A DNA stretch of 64,000 bases from Octopus sinensis (lineage: Eukaryota): assembly GCF_006345805.1 (NCBI RefSeq), contig NC_043018.1, positions 12,586,001 to 12,650,000 of the forward strand, given 5' to 3'. A program made the translations under genes and the position numbers. The notes under the pieces are model-generated. The model was not told the origin of the DNA. It did no database searches and worked only from the letters and a program-made list of their open reading frames with translations. Shown here piece by piece: positions 1 to 13,014 of the stretch (position 1 is the first letter of the stretch; each line of letters begins with the position of its first letter).

Positions 1-904
1 TACTTTTATGTGATGAAAACAACTCTGACAGCATACAGTCCTCAGGCTCTGTCCACATGGCATAACAAGCTAAAACAGGTTGATAGAATAAGAGGAAGTA
101 TGAGAAAAGGCGAGAAGAAAGTAGATGCAAAAAGTGGAAGGTTTGAAAAATACGAAAAAGAAAAATATGGGTGGGGAGGATTAGAGTTATGTCCCCTTGG
201 GCCATAAAGTCATATGGTTGAATAGAGGCCGAGAGTCTGCGATACAGCTGCTCAGTTTGGTTGATATTTTCCAATTCGCTGACAGGAACTTACCTATATG
301 TTTGCATTTACTGGAAGTTTCAGATCTAAAATTCTGCTGTGCAGTGGAGTTCTTAGATTTAAAAAGGATCTGTGATCTTTTAGCTATGCATAGCTTACAT
401 TTTTTTTGATCTGTTGACATATGATATGGATATTTCAACTATTTTCCAGTTGATTGTATGTGGTTAGCATAGCGATTTTTGAAGTTGCCTTCACATAACC
501 TAATGTAGCTCTTCTTTTCAGTTATGTTATCATCTAGTGTTACTGTAATTTCTGTCTCATGTATTACAGATTTAATCATGTACCCCTAGTGTGGTGGACA
601 GGTTCCTGGGTCTCAACAGTTACAACTGGGAGTAGGCTGTTGGTGATGTTTGTGTGTAATGATGCTCTTCATATTGGGACAACAGCTCTATGATAATTTG
701 ATTGAGCACCTGTTAAATACCGTTTGGTACTTGTGATTTATGGGAAATCATGTTATAAAATGCTATCTGAATTGTTTTCATTGCATGAAACTACTAGTAG
801 CTCATAAAAATTTAAACTGTGTTTATTAAATAATACTTATCTCTCACCAGATGGAGTACCTTTTTTGTTGATCTTACCTTCTTGGTACAGTATACTATAT
901 GTAT

Positions 905-1030
905 ATCATCATCATTCTTTAACATCCACCTTCCATGCTACCATGGGTTGGACAGTTTGACAGGCTCCAACAAGCCAGAAGATTTTTGAGCTCCAATGTC
1001 TGTTTTGGCATAGTTTCTATGGCTAGATGC
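905..1030 (-). mobile_element. Degenerate RTE-type 3' tail fragment
   Basis: Reverse complement of the ...GCATGGAAxGxGGAxGTTAAxxxATGATGA tail seen in RTE copies at 27.4-28.3 kb and 36.5-37.3 kb. Confidence 0.7.
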
Positions 1031-1087
1031 CATTCCTCTGTGTGTGTGTGTGTGTATAAACTATATCTATTATTTTCTATCTTTCAG

Positions 1088-1219
1088 TTACTTGTTTTGA
1101 AATACGTTCAAAATAAGGATGTCTTCATGAGGTATCATAAAGCCCATCTCACACGTCGTCTTATCTTGGATACATCAGCTGATAATGAGAAAGAAGAAAA
1201 TATGGTTGAATGGCTGAGA
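1088..1219 (+). CDS. CUL5: Cullin-5 internal coding exon (first one visible; upstream exons are outside the window)
   Basis: AG/GT bounded, 132 nt; LLVLKYVQNKDVFMRYHKAHLTRRLILDTSADNEKEENMVEWLR matches the cullin-5 homology domain as I recall it. Confidence 0.95.
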
Positions 1220-1694
1220 GTAAGTTTAACTTATTCAAATACTCACTATCTACGTGTGTGTGTGTGTGTATATGTAACGACCTAATTATCTAAATCTTAA
1301 ATTAAATTACATCATGAAGTAGTTACAGATATATCTGGTCCCCAAACATGGAACTAAACTCAAAAAATGCTGTAACATGAAAAACATTTAAAAAACTTTA
1401 TTAGTTTATATATGTTTTAATAAATGGTTTGTATATATTTCCACAAGTATTTTATTTGATTTTCCACTCAGAGTTTAAGGTGTTTTATTTATTTTTTTCT
1501 TCTCTTTCAACTTTTATGCTTTTCAATGTTTGTTGAGACTGATATCAAGTTGGAGAAATCAACTGAAGTTAAGGTTTATTTTTTTCCTTTAATTTCTTTA
1601 ATGGAAAAAAATAAAACCTGAATTAGAAGCCATCATCATCATCTCTCTCTTTTTTTAATTTAAAAAAAAAATTTTTTTTGTTGTAATTTCTTAG

Positions 1695-1821
1695 GAGGTT
1701 GGTATGCCTGCAGATTATGTAAATAAACTAGCCAGAATGTTCCAAGATATCCAAGTCAGTGAAGATCTGAATCAAGAATTCAAAGAAGTCTTTCGAAACA
1801 ATAATAATGATGCATTGGCAG
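1695..1821 (+). CDS. CUL5: Cullin-5 coding exon
   Basis: ttag|GAG...GCAG|gtgag; EVGMPADYVNKLARMFQDIQVSEDLNQEFKE; ends phase 1; missed by the ORF track. Confidence 0.95.
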
Positions 1822-1859
1822 GTGAGAAAAAGTGAAATTGAAAATTTTTTAAGCATTAT

Positions 1860-2170
1860 AGGCACAGGCATGGCTTCCCAACCATATGGTTCTGGGTTCA
1901 GTCCCAGCATGTGGCACCTTCGGCAAGTGTCTTCTACTATAGCATTGGGCCTAATCAAAGCTTTATGAGTGGAATTGTTTCGCCCCCCCCCCCCCCCCAT
2001 TCTCTTGACAACTGGTGTTGGAGTGTTTACGTCCCTGTAACTTAGAGATTTGGTTTTGAAAAAAGAGACTGATAATATAAGTACGTGGCTTAAAAAAAAT
2101 TCTTCAAGATGGTGCCCAAGCATGGCCACAATCTAATGCCTGAAACAAGTAAAAGATAAAAGATTCTTTC
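1860..2170 (+). mobile_element. tRNA-derived SINE with CR1/L2-like stem-loop tail
   Basis: Head with GGTTCAGTCCC B-box; tail GGTGCCCAAGCATGGCCACAATCTAATGCCTGAAACAAGTAAAAGAT; many homologues in the window. Confidence 0.8.
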
Positions 2171-2659
2171 ACTTTCTTTCTTTCTTTCCATTATCATCAT
2201 TTTGTGTCTACTTTCACATTGGCTTGGGTTGGGTGGTTCAGACAACAGTGTCTTACTCCAATGTCTCAGTTTTCTACAGTGGCTTGGGTGCATTTTTCCA
2301 TGGCACCAGCACCGGTGCAAAACGAAACCATCATACTGAAAGAAGAAGTGAGCAATAGTATTAGGGGACAATTATTTTAAGTGAACTATGATGAGAGGAA
2401 CAGAGTTACTGTTGTGAGGATGTGATAGTGGGGAAGAGAGAATGAGAGAGATAGGGACACTGTAGAAGAGTGATAGGGTAAGGTGAAGAGGGGTGATCTA
2501 GTGCTACACCTTGTTAAGCTATGTTATTTAGAATATGTCTATTTATAACAATAACCTGTGTCATATATCATGTAGGTAGGAAAATTTTAATAGTTTCTTG
2601 TATTGTGTAGATGGATACATACAAGGATAAATTATAAAATAGATGGGCCTTTTTTTAAC

Positions 2660-2822
2660 ATGCATGGGTGTGTGGTAAAAAGCCTGCTTTCCAACCACAT
2701 GGTTCCAGGTTCAGCCCTCTGCATGGCACCTTGGGCAAGTGTCTTCTACTATAGCCTTGGGCCAACCAAAGCCTTGTGAGTGGATTTGGTAGACAGAAGC
2801 TGAAAGAAGCCCATCGTGTGTC

Positions 2823-2866
<44 letters not shown>

Positions 2867-3320
2867 GGGGTTTGTATGATTGTGTATAGAGGGATATATA
2901 TTATTCAAAGGAATTCCAACTCTGTTTTTTATGTTTTATTTATATTCTTTATAATATTAATGTAGAATATAGAATATATAGTAAAATGAAATGAAGTATT
3001 GATTGTCTTATTGAATAGATGAAATATTGAATATCAAATATTAAGGGAATAGTATACTTTCTTGCATTTAAGCAGTTTTTAAGGTCCCAGGTTGTGACAG
3101 GAATATATATATATAAAATCTCTCTGTGTTTGTTTCCCACCACTGCTTGACAACCAGTGTTGGTGTGTTTATGTCCCTGTAAAAGAGACTGATAGATTAA
3201 GCACCAGGTTTAAAAATAAAATGAGTACTGGGGTCAATTAGTTTGACTAAAATTCCTCAATGTGGTGCCCCAGCATGACCACAGTCTAATGATTGAAACA
3301 AGTAAAAGATAAAAAAAAGA
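2660..3320 (+). mobile_element. tRNA-derived SINE with internal (TA)n/(TG)n and AT-rich expansion
   Basis: Same head and tail as the 28549-28950 copy. Confidence 0.75.
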
Positions 3321-4251
3321 TAAAAAATTTAGTATGATATAGAAACAAAGGTATGTCAGCTTGATTTAATTTCCAATTCCAGCTGTTCCCATACTCAGCC
3401 ATTCCACTGTTTTCTGAAATTAGGGCTCATCTTTTATTGAGGGACAATACTGAATAAGATAAATACATTTTTACAATAATAACTCTGTGGAAAGAAGTTT
3501 GCCTAATGATATTAATTTGTCTGCATAAACCTTAAATATTTCATTACCGACTTACCTGAGATCATCGTTGGTTCTGTGATACAAACGTCTCAATTTAAAG
3601 AAATCTAGATTTTAAAAGATATTGGGGTAATGACTCTCCCTAGACACAACAAAACTAGATTTAAAACTTCAGGTTAATTTATGGTCCAAACACCAGATTA
3701 ATTATAAGGAAAGTTTTTTTTAAAGTTCTTCATTAATTTTGAAATTAATTGAAACAAAAGCAGTTTCTATTTCTACTAAAATAAGGTAACAAAGGGGTTA
3801 AGCTACATTCATGGGATTTTTTCAGTAGACTTTCTAATTAATTTCCAATTTTAGAGAGTGAGAATTGATTAGATTAGATTATGAGAAATGCCCTTTCTGC
3901 ACTGACTGCATGAAAATATATTTATTAATTATCTGAAGGACATTGAGACCTTAATTTAACCCTTTTAGCTTTCTGCCCTTTTTTGATGATCTTGGTAAAA
4001 ACACTACTGCAAAATAGTAAAAAAAACAAAAACTATAGAAAATAAGGTGCAATTCAAATAACTGCAGCTTGGAAGCTCTATTAGCTCTAGAATGAATCCA
4101 TGGTTGCACATCACCATTGTCAGTATTATCACTGCTGTCATTCTCACTTTGATCTTCTCTTGGCTCTTCAGAAGCTTTTATATCTTTGCTGCTGCTCCCA
4201 GTATCATCAGTACCATGATGTTTATAACATTTTATACTTTTTCATTTTTAG

Positions 4252-4424
4252 ATGCTATCAATATAAAAATTTTGAATGCTGGTGCCTGGGCTAGAACTAG
4301 TGATCGTATATCAGTAACACTACCAATGGAACTAGAAGACTACATCCCACAAGTCGAAGAATTTTACAGACAGAAACATAATGGACGCAAACTACAGTGG
4401 CACCATCTAATGTCCAATGGTGTG
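4252..4424 (+). CDS. CUL5: Cullin-5 coding exon
   Basis: tag|AT...GTG|gtgagt; (D)AINIKILNAGAWARTSDRISVTLPMELEDYIPQVEEFYRQKHNGRKLQWHHLMSNGV; phase fits the previous exon. Confidence 0.95.
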
Positions 4425-4789
4425 GTGAGTAATTGTACCAAAGACTTGTTGTTTTTTTTATGCTAATGAAATAATTATTGAAACAATGAAAATTGAATTA
4501 ACACAAGTTTGGACCACCTGTGTTAGGGCAGGTGTAATTTTATACCATCAGTACCTACATTGAGAAGTTTTATCTGGTAATCCTGTAAATGTGGTTTCTA
4601 AAGAATTTTCTGAAGAACATTGCTCTGCAAATGTTTTCTATTGTCTTTTTTCACAGACCGTTTCTCCATGGCTCAGTCTGTCAACTGAAACATGTAGAGT
4701 TAAGGTGGATCCTTCCATGAAACATGTAGAATTAAGTTCCCTGCTCTGATTAGAATAAACTCGCTAATTTGAACTTACTATGCTTCTAT

Positions 4790-5185
4790 TATTACTACTT
4801 CTTATCAAAGAAGCTTGAGAGGCGGTTGGATGGAACCTACACTCGCCTCCTTATGAGAGCTCAAAATCTCTCGTGGAGGCGCCATCCAACTAAAATGCAA
4901 ATATATGTGAAATTACCACCTGTGTCATCTCTTGTGAAAGGTAGGAGAGTCCAGTTTGCTGGACATTGTTGTAGAGCTGAAAAAGAAGTAATTTCTACTC
5001 TTCTCCTCTGGAAGCCATCTACTCGCAACACCAGAGGGCGCACACTCTCCTACCCTGATGTAATCTCCAGGGATACAGGCATCCAGCAACAGGACGTCCG
5101 TAATGCTATGATGGACCGTGAAATCTGCCGTAACATGGTAAATTCCATTGTCTCGACCACGGTCGAACAATGATGATGATGATTA
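4790..5185 (+). mobile_element. 5'-truncated RTE-clade LINE 3' end
   Basis: RRLDGTYTRLLMRAQNLSW...RRVQFAGHC...RGRTLSYPDVISRD...AMMDR, then a (TGA)n tail. Confidence 0.85.
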
Positions 5186-5213
5186 CTACTTCTACTACAA
5201 ATTCCATCATTTT

Positions 5214-6285
5214 GACTTCTCCTTTCAGGCTCCATAGAATAAGTACCAGTTGTAATTGACTCGTCCCATCCCACAAAATTTGAGGTCTTCTGCCTATAGT
5301 AGAAAGGATTATTAAAGCAATTAGCTGATTGGATCATTAATGTAGGACAAAGTGTTTGGCAACATTTCTTACAGCTCGTTACATTCTGGGCTCAAATTCC
5401 ACCAAATCTGACTTTGCATTTCATCCTTTTTGGGGTTGATGCAATAAGTGCGAGTCAAGTACTGAGGTTGAGGTAATCGATTATCCCTCTCCAATCAAAA
5501 TTCAAACCTTGTGCCCAGAGCAGAATGCATTATTATTATTATTATTATTAGTAGTAGTAGTAGTAGAAGTAGTAGTTGTCGTAGTAGTAAAAAAGTGGTA
5601 AGTTGGCAGAATTGCTAGCACACCAGGAAAAATGCCTAGCAGCATTTCATGTGTCTTCAGGTTCTTGGTTCAAATTCTGCTGAGGTTGACTTTGCACTTC
5701 GTTCTTTCAGGGGTGATAAAATAGGTACCAGTTGGACACTGGAGTCAGTGTAATTGACTTATCCCCTCCAGCCAAATTTCAGGCCTTGTGCCTTTAGTAG
5801 AAAGAATTATTATTATTATTATTATTATTAAGGCAGCAAGCTGGCAAGATCATTAATTAGCATGCTGGACAAAATGCTCAGTGATGTTACTTCTAGCTTT
5901 ACATTCTGAGTTCAATTTCTGTCATGGTTAATTTTGCTGTTCTTCCTTTGGAGGTTGTTAAGATAAGTACCAGTTGAGCACTGTGGCCAATGTGATTGAC
6001 TAGCCCCCCCCCCCCAAAAAAAAATTTCAGGCCTTGTGCTGATAGTAGAAAGGATTGTTATTGCCTGTATTTGGGATGGTGGGCTGGCAGAATTGTTAGG
6101 ACACCGGGGAAAATGCTTATCAGCATATCGTCCTATTTTACATTCTGAGTTCAAATTCTGCCCAGGTTGACTTTGCCTTTCTTCCTTTTGAAGTTGATAA
6201 AATAAGTACCAGTTGAGTACTGGGGTCGATGTAATTGACTTAATCCATCCCCAAAATTACTGGCCTTGTGCCAAAAATTTGAAAC
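5214..6285 (+). mobile_element. Head-to-tail array of about 230-bp SINE units (one partial plus four)
   Basis: Repeated TGGCAGAAT..TTAGC / GAGTTCAAATTC / GACTTTGCxTTTC / AAGTACCAGTTG / GGCCTTGTGCC..AGTAGAAAG..(ATT)n; further copies near 16680-16990 and 56040-56310. Confidence 0.8.
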
Positions 6286-6534
6286 TGTGTTGAAAAGGTC
6301 TGCTAAAGGAAAAATTCTGTATAACTTTGTATTTCTATAAAATTCTGTACTTTTTGTTGTTAAACTTTATTTTTAAAATTCATAGACATGTTTTTATTAA
6401 TTAAAAGAATTAAACCCTTTTTAGAACTTGTTAAAATATTTCAGTGTTTCTACTTGTATGAAAGAGATATTTTCATCCATTCTGCTGTTTTTCCCTCTCA
6501 TTCTATCTGCCTGTTTTTACAATTATTTTGGCAG

Positions 6535-6696
6535 ATAACCTTTTGTAACGATTTTGGTCGCTTTGATTTAGAAGTGACAACCTTCCAAATGGGTGTTTTG
6601 TTTGCTTGGAATCAAAGGCCAAAGGATAAGATCTCATATGAAAGTTTACGGTTAGCAACTGAACTACCTGATTCAGAACTACGAAGAACTCTTTCG
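6535..6696 (+). CDS. CUL5: Cullin-5 coding exon
   Basis: cag|ATA...TCG|gtaagt; ITFCNDFGRFDLEVTTFQMGVLFAWNQRPKDKISYESLRLATELPDSELRRTLS. Confidence 0.95.
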
Positions 6697-6857
6697 GTAA
6701 GTAATCTTTTGTTGTTTTTTCAGACATGCATGTATGCACAAGTATGGCTGTGTAGGCATCTTGTGTGAGTATTTTGTATTTATATAGATCTGCACAGATG
6801 AAAGCCTTGTGAATGAGTTTTGTAGTTGGAAGCTAAAAGTAGCCTGTCATATATATG

Positions 6858-6892
<35 letters not shown>

Positions 6893-7483
6893 GCACTCCG
6901 TTGCTTACAATGAGAGTTCCATGTGATTGGATTGACAGGATAGCTTTCTTGTGAAATTAGCTTGCAAGTGGCTGAGCATCTGGCATGGATTGGACAGTTT
7001 GACTGGGAATGGTAAGTTGAAGAACTGTACCAGGCTCCAGTTTGATTGGCTTCGTTTCTATGGCTGGCTGCCCTTTCCAATACCAACCACTTCAATAGTC
7101 TAGTGAGTGCCTTTTACGAGTCACTGGCACAGGTGCCTTTCATGTGTCACTGGCATGGTTGGCTTGACGTGTCTTCTGAAGCACAGCAAATCACCAAAGG
7201 TTTCAAGCAGACTCATCATCCAAAGGTCATGCTTTACCACCTCATCCCATGTCTTCCTGGGTCTACTTTTTCTGTAGGTTCCCTCCACTTCTTCACACAG
7301 CTATCCTTGTCCATATGCATTAAATGACCATATCAGTGCAGTCTTCTCACACCACATCTGATGTTTCTTCTGCCCAATTTTTCTCTCAAGACGTTTTTTT
7401 TTTATCTTTGATCTTGAATTTCAAATGTTTTTCAATCAATCTTACAAGTAAATTTTTAATTGTCTTCCATCTTTTCCTTTCAG

Positions 7484-7602
7484 TCTTTTGTTGCATTTCC
7501 CAAATTGAAAAAACAAGTTCTTTTATGTGAACCTGAAGCCAAATCTCCAAAGGATTTTGAAGACAGCACTCAGTTCTGGATTAATCAAAAGTTTGCTTTA
7601 AT
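7484..7602 (+). CDS. CUL5: Cullin-5 coding exon
   Basis: cag|TCT...AT|gtaag; SFVAFPKLKKQVLLCEPEAKSPKDFEDSTQFWINQKFAL; ends phase 2. Confidence 0.93.
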
Positions 7603-8234
7603 GTAAGATTTAGTAGCTTGGTGTTTTTCTTAAATGTCAATTTGAATTAAGCAATAGTCGCTACCCTACAATAAGAACATCATCAATATAATGCACTTAA
7701 CATGTGTTGTTTAACCCTTTACCATTAAACCAGCCATATCAGGCCCAAGGGAAGGCACGTGACTTAGTGGTTAGGGCATTCAGCTTACAATTGTAAGGTT
7801 GTGAGCTCAATTCCCGGCGACACTTTATTTCACGTTGCTCCAGTCCACTCAGCTGGCAAAGATGAGTTGTACATGTATTTCAAAGGGCCGGCCTTGTTAC
7901 ACTCTTCAATGCCATTCTAAAACTATACATTCACATCATCAAAATTTCAAAGCTATGAGATGATACATGATTATACATAGAGATTTGGTTACCATTTCTA
8001 GCAAGTTGAGTTATAATATAGAAACTTCTTTTGCTCATTTGTAATTCAGTTAGGTTTAAAACTATGAGGAGGAGTCTGTAAATAAAGGTCACAGTCTCTA
8101 TTTATATACAAATATATAGTCCATTGCAGTACTTTGTTAGCAGCTAAAACAATACGAATAAATATGCTCTCAATTGCTGTTCAAGACATAGGGGTTCCTC
8201 TCCCTGATTTTCCCTGTCTTTGTATTTTCCGTAG

Positions 8235-8358
8235 TAAAAATGGAAGGCCACAGAAAAGAGGTCGTATCAACCTGGTGGGCCGGTTGCAGTTATCCACAGA
8301 GAAGAGTAAGGAGGAAGACAATGAAAGCATCATGCAGCTTAGGATTTTGCGTGTCCAG
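8235..8358 (+). CDS. CUL5: Cullin-5 coding exon
   Basis: tag|T...CAG|gtttgt; (I)KNGRPQKRGRINLVGRLQLSTEKSKEEDNESIMQLRILRVQ. Confidence 0.95.
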
Positions 8359-8820
8359 GTTTGTCTGAATCATTATCACATTGTTATTAACTGTAGCCCC
8401 TTAGATACCAATCCACTTGAAACTGCCCTTGGTTCTATGATACAAACTTCCCATTTGTATATATGTGTGTGTGTGTGTGTGAGAGAGAGAGTTGGTGTGT
8501 CTTTGTCTTGGCATCATGTGATTGTTGTTGGACAAGCGTCACCATCGACAGGCAGTTTCCTTCATTTCCAATCTTCCATGTGAAAAACCTGGTCATGGGG
8601 AAATATTACCTTACTTGGAAACAGGTAAAGGTTGGTGACAGGAAGAGTATCTAACTAGAAAAATCTGCCTCAACAAATTCCATCCAGCTCATGCAACCAT
8701 GGAAAAGTGGATATTATGGTGATATATATGCATACGTCTATGTACTCCCATGCATTTAGATAATATAATTATAAACATTAACAGTTCTTAAAATTTCATT
8801 GTCTTTTATTGAATTTGCAG

Positions 8821-9015
8821 GAAGCTATCGTGAAGATCATGAAGATGCGCAAGAAAATTACCAATGCTGCCCTCCAGACAGAACTGGTAGAGATCCTGAA
8901 GAATATGTTTCTTCCCTCCAAAAAGCTCATCAAAGAACAGATAGAGTGGTTAATTGAACATAAATACATGCGCCGTGATGAGGACAACATCAACTTGTTC
9001 ATCTACATGGCTTGA
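8821..9015 (+). CDS. CUL5: Cullin-5 terminal coding exon (neddylation domain)
   Basis: cag|GAA...TGA; EAIVKIMKMRKKITNAALQTELVEILKNMFLPSKKLIKEQIEWLIEHKYMRRDEDNINLFIYMA*; IMKMRK neddylation-lysine context conserved. Confidence 0.97.
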   Translation, partial: EAIVKIMKMRKKITNAALQTELVEILKNMFLPSKKLIKEQIEWLIEHKYMRRDEDNINLFIYMA

Positions 9016-9828
9016 ATAAAAATGGCCTTTTTATATGCCATGTTCACCTCTCTTTGGGTGCTTACCCAACAATTTATCGACCTAACTTCCTTTCTTCCTA
9101 CCAACCTGTTTGCAATGCCAGCCTTTACCTGCCTGTATTTACCTTCATCTCACCTGTTCACTGGCTATAAAACGTTTCACCGTCTATTATTGCTGCCCAC
9201 CCCCACCCCCCACCCCAGAATATGGATCATTGCAGTTTTTTCTTCCTGTAATATTACAATTACTTTATAACTGTTTCTTTCTGTTTCTATATAAATGTGA
9301 ATATATATATATATATGGGTATTTGTATGTACATATATAATACACACATGTATGCATGAATATATGTATGTACATACATATATATACACACACACACAAA
9401 CACACATGTATAATTACTTATATTGACTAGCATACAATGTCTGTGTGAGTGTGTGTGTATATATACATACATATATATATACACACACACACACATATAT
9501 GCATGCTTGTTTAATTACATATATTAAGAGGCGACACACTTGTTTCACAAAAGTGTTGCATTCCTGAAAGTCTTGACAAAATATCAGATTCTGTTCCAGG
9601 ATAGGAAATGGATTTTCCTTCAACTTCCAACTTAAATGGAAATCAATCTCTCATAACGGAATTCCCTGATATTGTTTGATTTTCAGGAATTTCTAGTATG
9701 CATAAGTGTGCATGTGTCAATATATACATATATTTACATACACATACACACATGTGCATATATGTATGTATGTATCTATACGTGTGTGTGTGTGGATATA
9801 TATGTATATGTGTGTATATATGTATGAG

Positions 9829-9861
<33 letters not shown>

Positions 9862-10117
9862 ATTTATGTGTCTATATATATGTATATATGTGTGTATATT
9901 TGTGTATGTATGTATATATAGTCACATTTGTGTATGCAAGTGTGTATGAATATTTACATGTTTGTCTATAGATGTGTGTATGTATATGTATGCATGTATA
10001 TACATATAGACATTCAATACACACATATTCAAGTATATATATCCAAACATGTGTGCATATGTATATAATTTTAATTTATTCCTTTTATGTGTGTGTGTAT
10101 ATGTATATATATATATA

Positions 10118-10163
<46 letters not shown>

Positions 10164-12380
10164 TATAATGAAAACCAGAAATTATATTTTTTATCTTTTG
10201 AAAGTTAGAAAAAATATGTAAATTCTAATTCCTGTAATTTTATGTAATTTTTAGCGATTACTTTTTTCTTATTCTTTCTTTTTTCTTTTGCTTTCTCTTT
10301 TTTTTTGTAAAAAAAAATGAAAAAAATCAGCAAAAACAATGCATAGTTTTGTACAGAAATACTCCCGGGGCCCCATTTCCTTGTACCCTGCTAACTTAAC
10401 CAAGTATTTATCCCCACCAGCTCACCTTGTCCTGGCCAGTTTTCTCCTTTTCAGCTCGCCTTGCAAAGCTGTCACACACACACACACACTCTCTCGCTCA
10501 CATACCCATACACTGCCTTTCCATCCATCCAATCTACGTCTGCAATGCTCCCCCCACAACCATCCTTCATCATGTCCAACAGCCTATCTAATCCATGCAA
10601 CTATCTTTCCTCACCACTACACTCACCAGATGCTCCCAAGCAGTGGATTTTTTTCTTTTTCTTTTTTTTGGGGGGTGGGGGATTGCAGGATTCTAGAATT
10701 TGTTGGGTGGGACAGATCTTAGTGTGTACTTACTGGCTATTTGTTTTCTACTGTGTACCATTTATACTTGTGGAATTCATCTTTGAGATATTGTTTCTTC
10801 TGTTGTACCACATCCAACTTTGTTCTTTTGATTTTCTTTTTCTTTTGGCTGTGTTCTCTTTTTGTTTTTGTTTTTTATTTTCCTATCCCCCATCACAGCA
10901 TCATCATCACCACTATTGCCATCATCAACATCATAAGCTGCACACAACACCCTCTGCTGGGCCCAGTTTTCTGCCACTGGGCGTTTTGTAGATTCATTGC
11001 GGAATCAACCTCTGGACTCTGCCGCCTGTCTTTGACCCGTGTCTCCACCATGCACTCATTCACACTACTACAACTCATCTGCTCATCCCACCCTGCACAC
11101 ACACACACACACACACTAGTCACCATTGCAAAGGACAGACCATCTTGCGAGCAAGTTTTGTGACTTGTGGTAAAACTGATAATGAAAAAGACCAATTAAA
11201 AAACACAACCGACGATATATATATATATATATATCTATATATGTATATATATATATATATATACACGTCGTATATTTAGTTATTGAATAGTTTCATTGCA
11301 AACTGCTGTATTTTTCGATCATGTGACCTTGTCCAACATGTTTCACTTCTTCGTAATGAAACTAGTCAATATATATTAATTCTCCGCATTTTTACTGTCT
11401 TGAGTCGTTTCCTTAGAAAGTGACTAGCCAGCTAGTTACCCTACTAGCTAGCCCTTCAAATACTCATGCATATTTGTATGTGAATCTCACACATGCATGT
11501 GTGATTGTATCGAGGTAAAGAACACTTTGGTTATCTCTCTCTTTGTTAAAGTTAGTCACAAGGGAAGACATTACCCAAAGCTGAATTTTACTCATCATGT
11601 CACCAAACATGATATCTGTGATGTTTATATATCTGTGACTGAAACACATATTGACTTCAGTCTTCGGATTGTGTGTTGACGCGTGCTTGTGTGTGTGTGT
11701 GTGTGTGTGTGTGTTGGCTGTTTTCTATCCCTCTCATATTTGTATGAAAATGTATGTTGCATGATTCCCTGTGGGTGTATATTTTTTTTTTAAGTATGTA
11801 TATATGTGTGTTTCTGATTTGTCTCCAATCTTAAAAAATATGTTTATACACACACACTCTTGAGTGAGTGAGTGTGTGTGTGTCAAGTATATAGATATTA
11901 AAGTATGTACACACACTATTCATATGGAAACCAGTTTATATTATGTATATATAAACAATGCAAAAAAGTCTTGTAATGTTTATTTAAATCCGTAGTTTCC
12001 CTTGAATAAATATGTTGAGTTTTTCCCCCCGAGAAAAAAAAATCCATGTATGATTACTATTAATTAACAACAGTTTAAACATTGAAATTAGCTGTTCTGT
12101 TCTGTTTGTTGCTCTCTTTTTTCTTTTTTTTTTCTTTTTTTGTTGTTGTTTGTTTTCTTTTTATTTATAGTTGTGGAAAGCAATGGTTGTATGAGCATTT
12201 ATTAATGACCACATGTCATCTCTTCAGATTGACTCTCAGTAGCCATAGTAACTGTCAAAAGATTTTGGTGCTTTAGTGGCAAGCATCTTGAAAGGCATAG
12301 GGTACCTGTGTTGTAAGCATCTAGACAGGTGCAGAGTACCTATGTTGTAAGTACCTCTGTTTACACTTAACCTGAATAAA
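9016..12380 (+). other. CUL5: Probable long CUL5 3' UTR
   Basis: Largely free of interspersed elements, T-rich and microsatellite-containing; AATAAA at 9015-9020, 12005-12010 and 12375-12380; true end unknown. Confidence 0.4.
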
Positions 12381-13014
12381 CCTTAATAAGTCACTAGAAA
12401 GTAGAAGCGAACTGAATATGGAATCGGTTAACACGGGTTGTAATTGCTATACCATGTGATTGAGAAGTGGGTTTCCAAATCACATGGTTTCAGGTTTGTT
12501 CCCCTTCATGGCAACTTGGACAAATGTCTTCTATTATAGCCCCGAGCCAACGAAAACCTTGTGAATGGATTTGGTAGTCAGTAACTGAAAGAAGCCTATT
12601 GTATTGTGTAGGTATATGTATGTTTGTGTATGCGTATGAACATATATTTATCCCCACTTAAATGTGGATGTTATATTAGAACAAACTATACTGCAGTGGA
12701 TACCATGAGAGAACCTCTCCCATATTGGCCTTTGGTGCAAAATGTACACTTGCTTACATAGCTAGTGGAAAGATAAGTCCCTGTCATCTCCACCACTGAC
12801 ACCTCCAGATCATGTGATTTCAACCTTCCTTGGTCTTGTCAGTGATGGACGCTTGGCCTCTGGAGATAGCAGCAACTTATCTCCCTTCCAGTGATATATA
12901 AAGCAAACAGTGCCAGAGCAGATGATGGTGTCACAATTAGCCAATGAACTTGTTGCCAATATATATTTATTTATTAATACAGCCTCTGTCGCTTATATAC
13001 ATGTGTAAGCACGC

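Noticed and set aside
1-440. Short ORFs at the left edge
   Set aside because: No cullin similarity; probably a decayed retroelement within a CUL5 intron, family not identifiable
10893-11195. Minus-strand ORFs behind CUL5
   Set aside because: No homology recognised, simple-repeat content, and they fit CUL5 3' UTR better
12700-12960. Possible coding fragment on the minus strand
   Set aside because: Contains stops; at best a faint RTE-like remnant, too degraded to call
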